From contig MU008196.1 of NCBI GenBank assembly GCA_010909165.1, positions 62,001 through 126,000 of the forward strand: 64,000 bases of DNA, given 5' to 3'. The stretch comes from Anthoceros angustus. Taxonomy: Eukaryota; Plantae; Anthocerotophyta. A program made the position numbers and the translations under genes. The first letter of the stretch is position 1; every line of letters begins with the position of its first letter. The notes beneath the pieces were generated by a model, which worked only from the letters and a program-made list of their open reading frames with translations, did not search any database and was not told the DNA's origin. Below, piece after piece: positions 62,576 to 64,000 of the stretch.

Positions 62576-63305
62576 CTAAGTGTGAACGTGGCTCTGTAAG
62601 GTGGTACCGAGGTTGTCTTAAATTCACACACGTTGGAAGTAGCGTGATGTGCAGTTGAAGAAGGACACAAGATGCTTGGGGCCAAATTCACAAAAACGGG
62701 ATCGCACATGCTAAGGCGGTGAGTTGTTGCGAGAAGCGATTACTGCATGTGCAAGGAATTGTGAAGAGGAATTCAGACGAGGAGGGACAAGCGACAAGGG
62801 TCTAATTCCTCGGAAACGAGACGAAATTGGGCACACATAGCTGCGAGCATCTCATTTTGGAAGAGGAACCTTTGCATGCATCGATCGGGCTGGTTGAGAA
62901 TTCCTCACAGTGTGTTTCTAAAGGTGGTTTCAGCTGTTTGGAGCTGGATAGAGAGCGCCATGGTCAGGCCCGTTTCATACGTGCATAGGAGAAGGCGTAA
63001 AGTCCCCTATCACAATTACGGAAGGTGAAGCGTCGAAGAGGTGCCACCGTCAATCAAGCGCAAGAGGGGCGACGCAAGCATCCTTTGTCGGCGAACATGG
63101 AAAGCCGGCGAGTTTGAGGCAAGCCGATCCCGAATCAAGGAGCGGCCGACGGCGGAGGGGAACACCACGTTCGCCTCTCGCAGCTGGAGCGCCGCCCCAA
63201 GGCAACTGGGCGCACCTCGATCCTACTCAGTACAGCATGTATGTCTGTCGGCTGAAAATTCGAGGTTGCACCTAGGGCTGGTAGTTCTCACCCTGCACAG
63301 CAGCC

Positions 63306-63790
63306 ATGGAGGAGGTCTCGCACAAGCGAGGTAGAATCGAATCATGCCCTCCGGTGTGCTATGAGCCGCAATTCAAGCAAGTTTGCGGGCGGATGGGACC
63401 CCAATTTGTGGATGACGAAGATGCGGGTAAGTGGAGCATCTTCTACTCCCGCCAAGATATGACCGGGCAGGTATTCCACCGAAGTTATGAGAGCTTCACA
63501 TCTTCCTCAGATGTTGAGGAGCATCATGACTGTAGGGTGGAGCATTATCCCACGGAACACCGGATTTGTTTGAGCTCCAGTCGGGGTCTGGCGTTTGCCA
63601 CGGACTGGACAAGCTATCTGAGAGGGTGCATGGAGGAAGTTGCAGCATCACTTCCAAATGCATCAATGGTTTGATGGGATGAGGTTGCCAGAGTTCGTTG
63701 GAGGGGGACACATACCCTCGTCGCTTGATTTTTCTCAAAGAGTGGTTTCGAGTTTTCCACCATCTGCGACAGGCATCATGTGGTAGGTGG
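63306..63790 (+). CDS. Extra 3' ORF of Gypsy B, homologous to 14280-14991
   Basis: SCPPVC...GPQF...KW...VEEHHDCRVEHYPTEHR, then KEWFRVFHHLR in a downstream frame. Confidence 0.55.
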
Positions 63791-64000
63791 CCTCGCTTTA
63801 CATTCGACCAACAATTGAGGACCCCTCATGTTGATCGTGCTTGGACTCGAGAGGAGAAGAATGCTTTCAACTGTCTCGGGGGCTCGCCACCACATCTACA
63901 CTTCCGTAGTTACCGTTTTCAATTACCCAACACGAAGCTTACGGTCGGGACATGGATGCGGACAGATGGCGTACATCCCTTTTCAGATTCGATGCAGCGC

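Larger units (their letters stand above)
55045..64000 (+). mobile_element. Ty3/Gypsy LTR retrotransposon B (gag-PR-DNMT-RT-RH-INT-PHD + extra ORF), runs off the window
   Basis: Colinear diverged homologue of A: gag 56140-57175, PR ~57590-57950, DNMT ~58270-59100, RT/RH 59400-60580, INT 60880-62400, PHD ~62450-62575. Confidence 0.93.

Overview
Eukaryotic nuclear DNA from a land plant, probably a non-seed lineage (inferred from the compact short-intron genes and the TE types). A small, frameshift-free island of two head-to-head host genes, ELF3 (20051-23447, -) and XPC/RAD4 (23974-27862, +), lies among nested transposons. The main finding is a Ty3/Gypsy lineage present as two diverged near-full-length members (A: 1-16470; B: 55045-end) and one internally deleted relative (C: ~28060-39740). 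In A and B the pol gene carries a C5 cytosine DNA methyltransferase (DNMT3-like, unusual WEC catalytic motif) between protease and RT, and the integrase ends in a PHD finger rather than a chromodomain. Both lack a tRNA PBS and instead show a 13-nt Tf1-like self-priming complement, with a compensatory base change between the two families. Both also carry a conserved extra 3' ORF of unknown function. Also present: two related Ty1/Copia elements with TSDs nested in gag of A and C, an Athila-like Gypsy with a long inverted repeat in its putative LTR, a CACTA fragment, a probable solo LTR, a 34-bp minisatellite and an (ATT)n tract. TE regions are full of indels and short imperfect tandem duplications that look like long-read assembly noise, so element intactness cannot be judged from this consensus. 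All domain calls are by-eye motif recognition; no database search was run.
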